From Octopus sinensis (lineage: Eukaryota), in contig NC_042999.1 in NCBI RefSeq assembly GCF_006345805.1, positions 98,456,001 to 98,520,000 on the forward strand: a stretch of 64,000 nt of DNA, given 5' to 3'. Below, in pieces: positions 1 through 15,454 of this stretch. Each line of letters begins with the position of its first letter. Positions within the stretch are counted from its first letter, which is position 1. The translations under genes were made by a program, and so were the position numbers. The notes below the pieces were generated by a model. That model made no database searches and was not told the origin of the DNA. It was given only the letters and a program-made list of their open reading frames with translations.

Positions 1-1839
1 AGGCCCTCTAATTGACGAAACTGGCACTCTCCAAGATAATGCCAAATCCATGGCCGAGATACTGCAGAAACAATACTGCTCTGTTTTCAGCAATCCTGAT
101 ATGGCCGATCTGGGCTGTATCAGTGATGTCAACCCCCAACACACTATATCGGACATAACGTTTAGTGCCCCTGATGTCTTAGCGGCGATAAACGAAATAA
201 AACACAATTCAGCAGTAGGCCCCGATAGGTTCCCTGCTTGTGTCCTGAAGGTGTGTCGACACCAACTTGCATCTCCCCTTGCTAATCTGTGGAGAAACTC
301 ACTGGATGCTGGCTATATTCCAAAAAACCTTCTGTCTCAGTCTGTTGTCCCAGTTTTCAAAAAGGGAAACAAGTCCCTTGCAGTGAATTACCGTCCGATC
401 TCACTCACCTCTCATATCATCAAGGTATTTGAGAGGGTGGTGAGATCTCGAATAACCCAATTTCTGGAAAGCAACAGACGGCTGATCTCCAACCAACATA
501 GGTTCCGTAATGGAAGGGACTGCCTAACGCAGCTCCTGCATCACTTTGAGGACATTTTGAGAGCTTTGGGAGAGGGCTCCAACACCGATGTCATCTACCT
601 TGATTTCAGTAAGGCCTTCGACAGGGTCGATCACAAGATCCTATTGAAAAAACTATCCAACATTGGTGTCTCTGGAAAGTTACTGAAATGGATCAAGTGT
701 TTCCTGACAGACAGATCTCAACATGTTGTAGTTGAAGGGGTAAAATCAAGCCCAGCCAAAGTCAGTAGTGGCGTTCCGCAAGGCACTGTGCTGGGCCCAC
801 TTCTTTTCATCATTTACATTAATGACATTAATGACATCATCAAGCACAGCAACATAAAAATCTTTGCAGATGACTCCAAGCTACAGAAGGTCATAAATGA
901 GGCGAGTGACCGGACATGCCTTCAGTCAGATCTACTGGCTGTTATCCAATGGGCAGAAAAAAACAATATGCTGCTGAACGAGGATAAATTTGAGCTAATC
1001 CACTTTGGAAAAGAGGATGCCCTGAAACTCCCATACTCCCTTCCTTCAGGTGAAACTCTCGCGGCGTCCAACAACATCAGAGACTTGGGAGTAATTGTGG
1101 ACAACAACATAAGCTGGGCCACTCATATAAACACCAAAGTTGACATGGCCCGCAGAATGTGTTCCTGGATTCTCAGAACTTTCCAGTCGAGAGATATCCA
1201 CACCATTATCCTTCTCTCCTCCACTTTTGCCCGACCCCACCTTGAATACTGTTGTCCACTGTGGTCTCCCCACACAATACAAGGTATCATAAAAGTTGAA
1301 GCACCTCAAAGGGCAATCACAAAAAAGATAGATGGCATGACAGGCCTCGACTATTGGGGTCGACTAGAAAAGCTAAAACTCTATTCTCTCCAACGTCGTC
1401 GTGAGCGCTACATCATCTGCATGATGTGGAAAATATTCCATCAGCATTGCCCAAATGATGTTGGCATCACCTTTAAGGTACATCCAAGGCTTGGGCCCCG
1501 TGCCATCCGCCCAAAACAAAAATCGCACTCTCATCTCATAACAACAATACGGCACAATTATTTCACCTCAATTGGCCCCGCTCTCTTTAACATTACACCA
1601 AAACACATTAAAACAGAAACTGACCCTATAGGGTTCAAGAAGTCTTTGGACAGATTCCTTCAAGAAATCCCGGATAAACCCCCTACACCCGGATATGTCT
1701 CTGTAAACAATAACTCTCTACTTGAGTGGGCCATAGTGCCCAAATTCTGACTTGAAAGACTTCACCAGGTGGTGCTATTAAGTTAGACATGGCCTGGGCC
1801 AATAATGGCCGAAACCTATCAAAGTATCAAAGTATCAAA

Positions 1840-1843
<4 letters not shown>
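1..1843 (+). mobile_element. CR1-clade non-LTR retrotransposon (LINE), 3' part running off the window start; ORF2 RT, 3' UTR and (AAAGTATC)n tail
   Basis: RT ORF 50-1750. The 3' UTR contains a GGCC-aataat-GGCC hairpin near 1797-1810 and ends in three AAAGTATC-type octamers (1821-1843) that merge into (TA)n. A short tandem tail is typical of CR1/L2-group LINEs. Confidence 0.9.
50..1750 (+). CDS. LINE ORF2 reverse transcriptase domain and C-terminal region (partial, 566 aa visible)
   Basis: Motifs AVGPDRFP, NYRPISLTSHIIKVFER, YLDFSKAFDRVDH, GVPQGTVLGPLLF, FADD, RDLGV, RPHLEYC..WSP and LYSLQRRRER. The frame is open from base 2 (GPLIDETG...), so the true start lies outside the window. Confidence 0.93.
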   Translation: MAEILQKQYCSVFSNPDMADLGCISDVNPQHTISDITFSAPDVLAAINEIKHNSAVGPDRFPACVLKVCRHQLASPLANLWRNSLDAGYIPKNLLSQSVVPVFKKGNKSLAVNYRPISLTSHIIKVFERVVRSRITQFLESNRRLISNQHRFRNGRDCLTQLLHHFEDILRALGEGSNTDVIYLDFSKAFDRVDHKILLKKLSNIGVSGKLLKWIKCFLTDRSQHVVVEGVKSSPAKVSSGVPQGTVLGPLLFIIYINDINDIIKHSNIKIFADDSKLQKVINEASDRTCLQSDLLAVIQWAEKNNMLLNEDKFELIHFGKEDALKLPYSLPSGETLAASNNIRDLGVIVDNNISWATHINTKVDMARRMCSWILRTFQSRDIHTIILLSSTFARPHLEYCCPLWSPHTIQGIIKVEAPQRAITKKIDGMTGLDYWGRLEKLKLYSLQRRRERYIICMMWKIFHQHCPNDVGITFKVHPRLGPRAIRPKQKSHSHLITTIRHNYFTSIGPALFNITPKHIKTETDPIGFKKSLDRFLQEIPDKPPTPGYVSVNNNSLLEWAIVPKF

Positions 1844-1895
<52 letters not shown>

Positions 1896-2085
1896 ATATA
1901 TATATACATTTACTCGCTAAATCTTCTAACCACGTTAAAGTGGTTTAGACGATAAAGTGTCTCTTTTCAGCGTATAGGTAAGATTTTCCAATGCCCTTAA
2001 TTATAATTATATATATAATTTCACCTTAAACCTTAAGTCTATTTTTATATGCTGGCCACTGATAGAATTTTTTACGATTTTTTCC

Positions 2086-2103
2086 TTTATTATTATTATT
2101 ATA

Positions 2104-2150
<47 letters not shown>

Positions 2151-2195
2151 TCTTCTTCTTCTTCTCTTCTTCTTCTTCTTCTTCTTCTTCTTCTT

Positions 2196-2256
<61 letters not shown>
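2086..2256. repeat. Compound (ATT)n/(TCT)n microsatellite
   Basis: Directly visible; explains poly-L/K/N ORFs. Confidence 0.95.
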
Positions 2257-2261
<5 letters not shown>

Positions 2262-2290
2262 GTGTGTGTGTGTGTGGGGGGGTGTATGTG

Positions 2291-2432
2291 TAACGGGCTT
2301 CCTTTCACTCACAAGGCATTGGTCGACCAAGAGCAATAGTTGAAGACACTTGCCCAAGGTGCCACGCAGTAGGACTGAATCCGAAACCACGTTGTTGTAA
2401 AGCAATTTTCTTAACCACATTGCTATGCCTGC
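2291..2432 (-). mobile_element. SINE family B (tRNA-like head plus CORE-like domain), 5' part
   Basis: Reverse complement matches the head of the 5523, 37252 and 43632 copies (...ggcaccttgggcaagtgtcttc...). Confidence 0.7.
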
Positions 2433-3124
2433 ACATTACATTTCCAAGCCAGAAGCGATTGGAATAAAAAAAGAAAGAAAAAAAGAGAATGCAAGAAATG
2501 GACCTTCCTGAGCTAAAAAAAATTCATGTTTGTTGTTGGATTATCCCAAATTACTATCTCATTCTGGATAATCTTGCTTCTGTTTTTTTTCTTTCATTTT
2601 GGTTCCTATGTTGTTCCATACTCCCTGTGTTATCTATTAATGTGTCTTTTTTTTGTTGTTGTTCACACTGTTTTACTCACTGGAAATTTCTCATTAAACT
2701 GTTTGTTTTTTCGTTTTTGCTTTTTGTTTTCTTGTGCCCGTTACCTTTGTTAAGGTCAACCCATAACGTTTTAGGCCAATGTGATTGGTCGATCCTAGAT
2801 CTGTGGGGTTCATTCATTGGTCCCGATTGAAAATTCTCCTGTTTCAAGAGGACGCTCCATTCACGTATTCACATATTTTGCGTACTATGTATACTCTCGT
2901 TTTTTTTTTTATCATCTTTCCGTTCCTCTTCTTTTCTTACCGTCATCTATTTTTATGTTAGCCCACATACATTTTGTGAATTGTCCTTGTGAGGTCTCTT
3001 TCAGCATTTCCTGTGACAAATCACTATTATTATCATTAATATACTCTCAGCTTTATTTTACTGGCTATGATGGAAAGTGTCAACCGTCTACCTTCAGCAG
3101 ACTGAGGTGACGCTTCATTACTGA

Positions 3125-3800
3125 TCAGGCGTCAAGGACCCTGCGGAGAACTCTTGCAGTTCCAAGCCATGGTGATTTTTGAAGGTGTTCTATCTTTACA
3201 TTTGTCCCAATCTTTTTGAACTATGTTGGTAATAGAGTGCTAATACTTCCAAGCGTGCCAATTACTATTGATATCATGTCCACTCTCTTCATTGTTCACT
3301 TCAACTCATCATAGTTGTTCACGTTTTTGCCTTCTTTCTCTCCGCTCCTGTTGTTAACAGGATGTGTTATGTTAATTATCAGTCATGTTTTTACTTTTCT
3401 GTTAACCACAACAATGTCAGGTTTCCGATGTTTAATCAGATGGTCCCACTCAATCATTGCATTCCACAGGATTTTTGCAGTCCTCATTCTCAGGAACTTC
3501 CCCTGGGATTTGGTTATACTATGTCATTGATCTTTCTAGGCCATAATTTTCACTAAGTTATCAATGGATCATTCTTGCCACATTATCATGTCGCTATTTC
3601 TATTCACGTTGTACCAGTTTCGAGCATTCACTAACAATGTATCACACTGTTTCACCCCTCGTACCACACATTTTGCATTTGTCACTCTCAGCTGTTTTAT
3701 CAATTCTGCACTTCACATTGTTTGTCCTCAGTGTTTGTTGCTGTGTTGTGCGTATAAATGCTTCTGTTTCTATATTCAATTCACTTTTCCGCATCCATGA
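3125..3800 (-). mobile_element. R4/Dong-like non-LTR retrotransposon relic: C-terminal CCHC zinc knuckle plus restriction-like endonuclease, with many stops
   Basis: Minus-strand translation by eye gives ETEAFI...QQQTLRTN..., CKMC...ETV*YIVSEC, RHDNVARMIH, ILWN...KHRKPDIVVV, IVIGTLG and WLGTARVLRRVLDA*. Confidence 0.85.
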
Positions 3801-3819
3801 TCACCGGACTATCATCATC

Positions 3820-3870
<51 letters not shown>

Positions 3871-3876
3871 GTTATT

Positions 3877-4079
3877 AGGCGGCGAGCTGGCAGAATCGTT
3901 AGCATGCTAAGTAAAATGCTTAACGGTATTTCGTTTGTTGCTACGTTCTGAGTTCATATTCAGTCGAGGTCGACTTTACCTTTCATCCTTTCGGGGTCGA
4001 TAAATTAAGTACCAGTTGCGTGCTGGGGTCGATGTAATCGACTCATCCTCTCCCCGAAAATTGCTGCCGTGGAGGCAAA

Positions 4080-4082
<3 letters not shown>
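3877..4082 (+). mobile_element. SINE family A (tRNA-derived)
   Basis: A-box-like GGCGAGCTGGCAGAATCGTTAGCA, B-box-like GAGTTCATATTC, and body GTCGACTTTACCTTTCATCCTTTCGGGGTCGATAAATTAAGTACCAG; many homologs in the window. Confidence 0.85.
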
Positions 4083-4143
<61 letters not shown>

Positions 4144-4145
<2 letters not shown>

Positions 4146-4593
4146 GAGTGAGAGAGCAGTTCATGCCATCAAAGTGACACTGGGGTAAAATATACGAAGC
4201 CCAATATACCCATCATGACTACCCGTCTGATAAAGGTACACCAGGCACATGCATCACAACCATATGTGCGCGACATGGTGATCTCATATCAAGATAAACA
4301 GCACATGACCTTGCAGGTGGGGCCCAGTTAGAATTTTCTTCAGGTTGAGTAGCCCATCCCGCTCAAACGGTCCCTGAATAAGGGTTGTTTAAGGATGTTG
4401 AAAGAACCACCCATGTTTCCAGAGGTGAACTATTCAAACCCCAAAGAATCCCTCTCAACACATGGCTATGATGCTCCCCCACTACTTCTGCTCGTGATCA
4501 GAGATACACATATCGTCAGCCACTAAGGGACATGCTCAACTGGTTAAGGTCAAACAACTGACAAGCAAATCTGTGGTATTGAGCAGAATATTT
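4144..4593 (-). mobile_element. Dispersed ~450-bp repeat (family D) with (AAT)n tail; probable SINE or LINE 3' UTR
   Basis: Reverse complement aligns along its length with 20595-21048; both copies end in an (AAT)n run on the same side. Confidence 0.8.
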
Positions 4594-4628
4594 ATTATTA
4601 TTATTATTATTAATATCATTTTTAAGTT

Positions 4629-4835
4629 AGGCGGCGAGCTGGTAAAATCGATAAGATGCCGGACAAAATGCTTCGCATCATTTCGTCCGGTTTTATGATC
4701 TGAGTTCAAATTCCGCTGGGATCCACTGTGCCTTTCATCTTTGTGGTGTCAATAAAATAAGTACCAGTTCAGCAATGTATTCGACTAGACCCTCACTACA
4801 AAATTTCAGGCTTTGTGCCTGGAGTAGAAATGCTT
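4629..4835 (+). mobile_element. SINE family A, diverged (another decayed copy follows at ~4855-5070)
   Basis: Same head and body motifs as 3877. Confidence 0.75.
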
Positions 4836-5073
4836 ATTTTTATTATTAAATTATTGACGTAGCAAATTTAAAGAATCGTTAGCGTGTCGGACAAAATACT
4901 TAACGGCATTTCTTTCGGCTCTTTACATTTTAAGTGGAAATACCACCGAAGTTAATTTTGCCTTTCCGGGTCGATAAAATAAAGTACCGTCAAGCACTGG
5001 GGGTGGGCGGTTAATGTAATCGATTTACCCTCTTTCTTCAAAATTGCTGTCTTTGTATCAAAATTAGAAAGAA

Positions 5074-5074
<1 letters not shown>

Positions 5075-5114
<40 letters not shown>

Positions 5115-5131
5115 CCATCACCATCATCATT

Positions 5132-5183
<52 letters not shown>

Positions 5184-5220
5184 CCATCACCATCATCATC
5201 ATCATCGTCATCATCATCAA

Positions 5221-5279
<59 letters not shown>

Positions 5280-5321
5280 CCATCACCATCATAATCATCA
5301 TCATCATCATCGTCGTCGTCG

Positions 5322-5368
<47 letters not shown>

Positions 5369-5378
5369 GTCGTCGTCG

Positions 5379-5430
<52 letters not shown>

Positions 5431-5480
5431 TACCATCACCATCACCATCATAATCATCATCATCATCATCGTCGTCGTCG

Positions 5481-5518
<38 letters not shown>
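5075..5518. repeat. Long interrupted (CAT)n microsatellite
   Basis: Directly visible; source of the poly-Met ORF 5038-5559. Confidence 0.95.
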
Positions 5519-5522
5519 TTTT

Positions 5523-5679
5523 TCATGGCTGTGTGGTAAGAAGCTCGTTTCTCTACCACATAGTTCCGGGTTTATTCCTGCTGCATGGCCCTTTGAGCAA
5601 ATGTCTTCTAGTATGGCCTCGGGCCGACCAAAGCTTTATGAGTGAATTTGGTTGACGGAAACTGAAAGAAGCACATCGT

Positions 5680-5722
<43 letters not shown>

Positions 5723-6070
5723 CGCACACACACACACACCACACACACACACACATATATATATGTATCTATATATATATGTATGTATTATACACACACA
5801 TATATTTATGTGTGTGTGTATGTATGTATATATACTAATATATATAATACATTATATATATTTGTGTCTTTCTGCTTGTTCCCCACCACCATTGCTTGAC
5901 AATCGATGTTCTTGGTGTGTTTATGTCCCCGTAACTGAGCGTTTCGACGAAAGGGTCCGATAGAATAAGTGCCAGCCTTACAAAGAATATGTCCTTGGGA
6001 GGTCAATTTCTTCGACTAAAAGGCGGTACTCCAGCATGGCCGCAGTCAGATGACTGAAACAAGTAAAAGG
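5523..6070 (+). mobile_element. SINE family B with internal (CA)/(TA)/(TG) microsatellite
   Basis: The tRNA-like head TGGCTGTGTGGTAAGAAG is followed by a CORE-like CCTTTGAGCAAATGTCTTC and a microsatellite at 5680-5860. The 3' part ends CAGCATGGCCGCAGTCAGATGACTGAAACAAGTAAAAG, as in the 37252 and 43632 copies. Confidence 0.85.
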
Positions 6071-6574
6071 AAACATTATCATCATCGTCATCGTCGTCAT
6101 CGTGGTGATGGTCATCGTTGTCGTCGTGGTGATCATCAACGTTCCGTTTTACTGTTTCAGTTAGCTCTGCTGCTCTCTCATAAACAACAATGACATACAT
6201 GTACATCATACTAGCAACATCAACGATGATACCAACGGCAATAATAGTAACCACATTGAATCAATGAAAGAGAGGTACTATATGGTCAATAAAAATAGAA
6301 ACCAAATACTGTCATATCATAAACTATCGTTTAAGTAAAAATAAATCAATTCAAAAACAAATAAATAAAAAGAAAGCAAAAAGACGTGTTGAACAGTGTA
6401 ATCCTACCAGATGAACAAAATCTCAGCATGATCGTGTTTGGAATTTTGCGGAATCAGGGAGGCCATGGGCTAAAAGGACACCATTAAAAACAACGATTCC
6501 TATAGTAACAACAACCACATTAAAATATAGTAAGAACCGTTTAAGTAAAAATAATAGTGTTTGATTTAGGCACA

Positions 6575-6797
6575 AATCTAATCGAACTGGCAGAATCGTT
6601 AGCACGTCAGGCGAAATGCTTAGCGGTATTTCGGCTGCTGTTACGTTCTGAGTTCAAATTCCGCCGAAGTCGACTTCGCCTTTCATCCTTTCGGGGTCGA
6701 TTAAATAAGTACCAGTTACGTACTGGGGTCGATGTAATCGACTTAATCCCTTGTTTGTCCCCTCTATGTTTAGCCCCTGTGGGCAATAAAGAAATAA
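6575..6797 (+). mobile_element. SINE family A monomer with ...TTTAGCCCC..GTGGG..TAAAGAAATA tail
   Basis: Full head, body and tail; matches the reverse complement of 57820-58040. Confidence 0.9.
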
Positions 6798-6942
6798 AAT
6801 TTTGAGTGGAGCTGGTGTTAGGTAATGCCGATGACTTCAATATTTGACTGGTACTTCATTGACCACGGAGGGATGAAAGGCAAAGTTGACACATGTGGGA
6901 TTTGAACTCAGAACGTAAAGAGTCTGAAGAAATACCTTATAT

Positions 6943-7085
6943 CAGTGGTTCCCAACCTGTGGTCTGCGGACCCCTGGTGGTCCGTAAACATGTTAAGCTG
7001 ACAGACTTTTCAATATCCTGAGGTCCGTGGGAAAGCTCATTTAAATAAAAGGAGTCCTTGGTAGTGAAAAGGTTGGGAACCACTG
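6943..7085. mobile_element. hAT (Charlie-type) MITE
   Basis: Perfect 16-bp TIRs CAGTGGTTCCCAACCT / AGGTTGGGAACCACTG; degenerate 8-bp flanks ccttatat / ccctaaac with central TA. Confidence 0.85.
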
Positions 7086-7087
7086 CC

Positions 7088-7290
7088 CTAAACCATTATT
7101 ATTATTACTATTATTATTTTTATCATTCAGTAGTTTTATTTTTATAGCGTGCTTTCACTTCACTACCGAGCGCAGCTCTGTGTGCCTTAGGTATGTGCTG
7201 TGATTTGTTGTGATGCTCTGATGGTTATTGTATGGGAAGTGTTCTGCGTAGGATGTGTGTATTATGTTTTTTCCTTCTTTCTTCAAATTT
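7088..7290 (-). mobile_element. R4/Dong-like LINE extreme 3' end with (AAT)n tail
   Basis: Minus strand reads ...THILRRTLPIQ* (compare GTARVLRRVLDA* at 3125), then a 3' UTR and AAT repeats. Confidence 0.6.
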
Positions 7291-7398
7291 TCTTCCGTTT
7301 CTCGCCGAGTGTTTTCCATACACCTAGGGCAGAGAAGGGCATTGTATGCATTCCCAGATTAAACGCGCAAATTCACAGATAGAATATGTATTTAAAAA

Positions 7399-7486
<88 letters not shown>

Positions 7487-7559
7487 AATATTTCTCTTTT
7501 CGATTTCATATAATTCTGGTGTTCTAAATAACCACTGACACACTAACAGTAACAGCAAT

Positions 7560-7990
7560 AATAATGGTTTCAAATTTTGGTACAAGGCCAACAATTTTGC
7601 GGTAGGGGGTTAGTCGATTACACCCGTCCCAGTGTTCAACTGGCACTTATTTCATCGACCCCACCTCCTCAAAAGGATGAAAGGCAAAGACGATTGACCT
7701 CGGCGGAATTTGAACTCAGAACGTAAGGACGGACGAAATGCCGCGAAGCATTTTGCCCAACAGCAATAACAACAACAGCAACAACAACAATAATAATCCT
7801 TTCTGTTATAGGCACAAGGCTTGAAATATGAGAGGAGGGAATTAGTCGATCACATCGACCCCAGTGATTCACTAGTACTTAATTTATGGACCCCGAAAGA
7901 ATGGAAGGCAAAGTCAACCTCGGCGGAATTTGAACTCAGAACGTAAGGATGGGTGAAATACCGCTAAGCATTTCGCTCGGCATGCTAAGG
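7560..7990 (-). mobile_element. Two SINE family A copies (~7560-7760 and ~7797-7990)
   Basis: Reverse-strand body ...GATGAAAGGCAAAG..GACCTCGGCGGAATTTGAACTCAGAACGTA... appears twice. Confidence 0.8.
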
Positions 7991-7996
7991 TTTCTT

Positions 7997-8597
7997 ATTT
8001 CTTTATTGCCCACAAGGGGCTAAACATAGAGGGGACAAACAAGGACAGACAAAGGGATTAAGTCGATTACATCGACCCCAGTGCGTAACTGGTACTTAAT
8101 TTATCGACCCCGAAAAGATGAAAGGCAAAGTCAGCCTCGGTAGAATTTGAACTCAGAACATAAAGAAAGACGAAATACCTATTTCTTTACTACGCACAAG
8201 GGGCTAAACACACAGAGGGCAAACAAGGACAGACAAACGGATTAAGTCGATTACATCGACCCCAGTGCGTAACTGGTACTTATTTAATCGACCCCGAAAG
8301 GATGAAAGGCAAAGTCGACCTCGGCGGAATTTGAACTCAGAACGTAGCAGTAGACGAAATACCTATTTCTTTACTATCCACAAGGGGCTAAACACACAGA
8401 GGGCAAACAAGGACAGACAAACGGATTAAGTCGATTATATCGAATTCAGTGCGTAACTGGTACTTTTTTAATCGACCCCGAAAGGATGAAAGGCAAAGTC
8501 GACCTCGGCGGAATTTGAACTCAGAACGTAACGGCAGACGAAATACGGCTAAGCATTTCGGCCGGCGTGCTTAACCTTTCTGCCTACTCGCCGCCTT
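7997..8597 (-). mobile_element. Head-to-tail trimer of SINE family A
   Basis: Units start at ~7997, 8181 and 8364 (period ~184 bp); only one full tRNA head (8545-8597). Confidence 0.9.
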
Positions 8598-8861
8598 AAC
8601 AACAACAACAACAACAACAACAACAATAGTATTTACTACATAAAGCATAACAATAATGAAATAATCACATAAATGAGAACAATATAAACAAGGGACGGCA
8701 ACGACAACAGCAGCAGCAGCAGTAGCAGCAACAACGACAACAACAACAATAAAAACAGCATCTAACAACAAACCAACAAAACCTACATCAACCGACAGAA
8801 AAATATCAACAGTGACATCTAGAACAGTCACAACCACATTGACAGTAAGAACCGAGGACAC

Positions 8862-9385
8862 CTGTGTGTGGGTCTGGCTTACCTGTTAAAATTAGCAGCC
8901 AAATCGCTCTTGAATCATATTTTACCGTGTTTATTAAGAACAACATACATTAAGATAATACAGTCTTACATATCGTTTAAAAATAAAATGACGGAATGGT
9001 CACGAGAGGAATGTCTCTGATCATAGGTTTGCTTGACCAGGGCCGTCCTGTGATGGGAATAACAGTTAGAGTAATTTCTACATCAACAACACAATATTGA
9101 AAAAAAAAAAGGAAAACAATCACGACCACAACAGTAACAAGAAGAACCATATAAACAAAGATAATAACACCAGCATCAAATAACAGGACTGTAGGTGGTC
9201 GCACGATTTTCTAGAAATAGCAGCTAAATCTCTCTCAAATCACATCACCACCGTCTCCCGAAGAGGGTGCGTTGGAGAATGAAATCCTGTGTATCTTGTA
9301 AATAGGAAAACGACGGAGTGGTTACGGTCGGAAGGCTTTTGATCATAAGTCTGCTTGATCGGGTCTGAACCTGAAGGGTAGGGGT
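8862..9385 (+). mobile_element. Two diverged copies of repeat family C (…TAGAAATAGCAGCCAAATCTC…GATCATAGGT…AAC tail)
   Basis: Shared motifs recur at ~14470, 26125, 27295, 31330, 36350 (minus), 39000, 53410 and 59700. Confidence 0.6.
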
Positions 9386-10249
9386 TCGATAATCGACGAC
9401 AGCGAAAGCAACAGTAACAAAAACAGAAACAGCGGCAACAAAACAGCGACACCTACAAGAGCGAGCGACAACAGCGACATCTATAACAACAAGAACATTA
9501 ACCATAACTGTAAACATAACAACCTAAACAACCACAACCACCGCTGCCGCCGCCACCACCGCCACCACCACCACCACCACCACTACCACCAACACCAACA
9601 CCAACACCACCACCAACAACACCACCACCAACAACACCACCACAATAACAACGACGACGAAAACCACTATCAACATCATTATCATCAACAGCATCAACAT
9701 CAAGATCAACAACAAATAACTACAACAGGCAAGAACCGGAGCAAGCAACAGCCATTCGATACAACTGTACTAGCAGCGTAAATTTAGGCACAACACCGAA
9801 GTGTGGTGCTAATTCATTCGTTCCACTTAACTTGGCGGTTCTTCTTCTCTCTCACACACCTTCATGCTGGTTTAGTAAGAAGGATCAACAAAACACTGTC
9901 TCGTCCATGTAAAAGCCACTGGTGGCTCTTACAATGGAAACTGAGGAATTTATGTAAGTTTATACATTTTATCTGTTGAAGAACTAAATAACTCAGAACA
10001 GTATCCGATTCTGAAACCTTTATATAATAAATAAAAATAACCCGACCAAATTCTCTTGGATAGATAGATCTCTGTGGATGGGTAGAGAGAATCTCTTAAT
10101 TGACTGACCTGTCAGGTAAGTGATGAAAACGTTTTTTTTTTTTCGAAATGTAAACGTCGTTAATTGCATGATCATTATCACCGTAAAGATAAATAAAATA
10201 TATTTATTTAGATACACATGTATATGTATCCATATCTGTATCAGTATAT

Positions 10250-14280
<4,031 letters not shown>

Positions 14281-15454
14281 TTTTAAGTTATGAACGTTTA
14301 AGTTTCAAATCTAGATGCCAAGTCGAATTTATATTAGGTATTGATTTCGTATATTGGTGTACAAGGCATATTCAGAATTTGTAAGGCATTATTAATATGA
14401 AAATTCTAATGTTAATCACGTGTGAAATTGTGAAATTTTGAATAGACAATAACTGAACTAGTAAACTGAAGCGATAGCTTCGACCTGGTTAGAAATAGCA
14501 ACCAAATCTCTCACAAACTACACCTTGCCGTCAGAAAACCAAAATATTACACTAGATAATGGATCTCTCGGTAGACTATTCTTGTTGGAAAAGTAAAGAA
14601 AAAAACTATAAAAGTGTGGCTAGCACACTTTTGAATAGTGTACAAGTATTCTCAATAAGATGATGGGGTGGGCATTGTGGTGGTCGGGATGCAAGCTAAA
14701 TAACAACTGTAGCAACACAAGATAACTGCAGTTTCTTCCACAAACGTAAGATTCTCATTACAAAATCGATTAAGATTCGCAATTTGAATGATTGGTGTTG
14801 TATATAATCTGCATATAATGTTTTACTCATATCGAGGTCGGTCGAAGGAGTTGACAGTTCTCATTTGCAATGCTTTCGTTCATAGCTGTATGGGATTAAA
14901 GAACTGTCTTCAGTTTGAGAAAGTACCTCCAGCCAACGTCTTTAATCTACCTCTTTCTGTAACTGATATTTGAGCGATGGAAAAATACGTGGAAGATTCT
15001 CAGATTAACTGTATCCTTTCATCAGTACTTGACTTAATCCGTCGCCCGGTTTAACACCACAACCTTGTCCTTTTGATATTCCTTTAGTGCACCTTTAGTG
15101 AAATCCACACTGTTACCAGTATCCGGACCAAATCCATGGGGTCTGAAAATCAATCCTTGGCTATTCCTCTAGCAGAATTGTGGGGCATGCAAAGCACTGT
15201 AGGCGCTGCTCATCTAACTCAGCAAATATGTATGTATGAACGCATAATATATATGTACGTAAATATGTACTATGTATGTATGTATGTATGTATGTATGTA
15301 TGTATGTATGTATGTATGTATGTATGTATGTATGTATGTATGAATGAATGCATATATGTGTGTGCGCGCGAGTGCCTGTGTGTGTATGTATGTATGTATA
15401 TATGTATATATGTATGTATGAATGTTTGTATGTATATATGTGCATGTTATTATT

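Noticed and set aside
5038-5559. Met-rich 173-aa ORF as a reflectin-like or other structural protein
   Set aside because: Pure (ATG)n repeat with none of the reflectin M/FD(X)5MD motifs or Tyr/Arg/Pro composition.
7997-8597. CRISPR-like array
   Set aside because: Units are whole ~184-bp SINE bodies without unique spacers; eukaryotic context and no cas genes.
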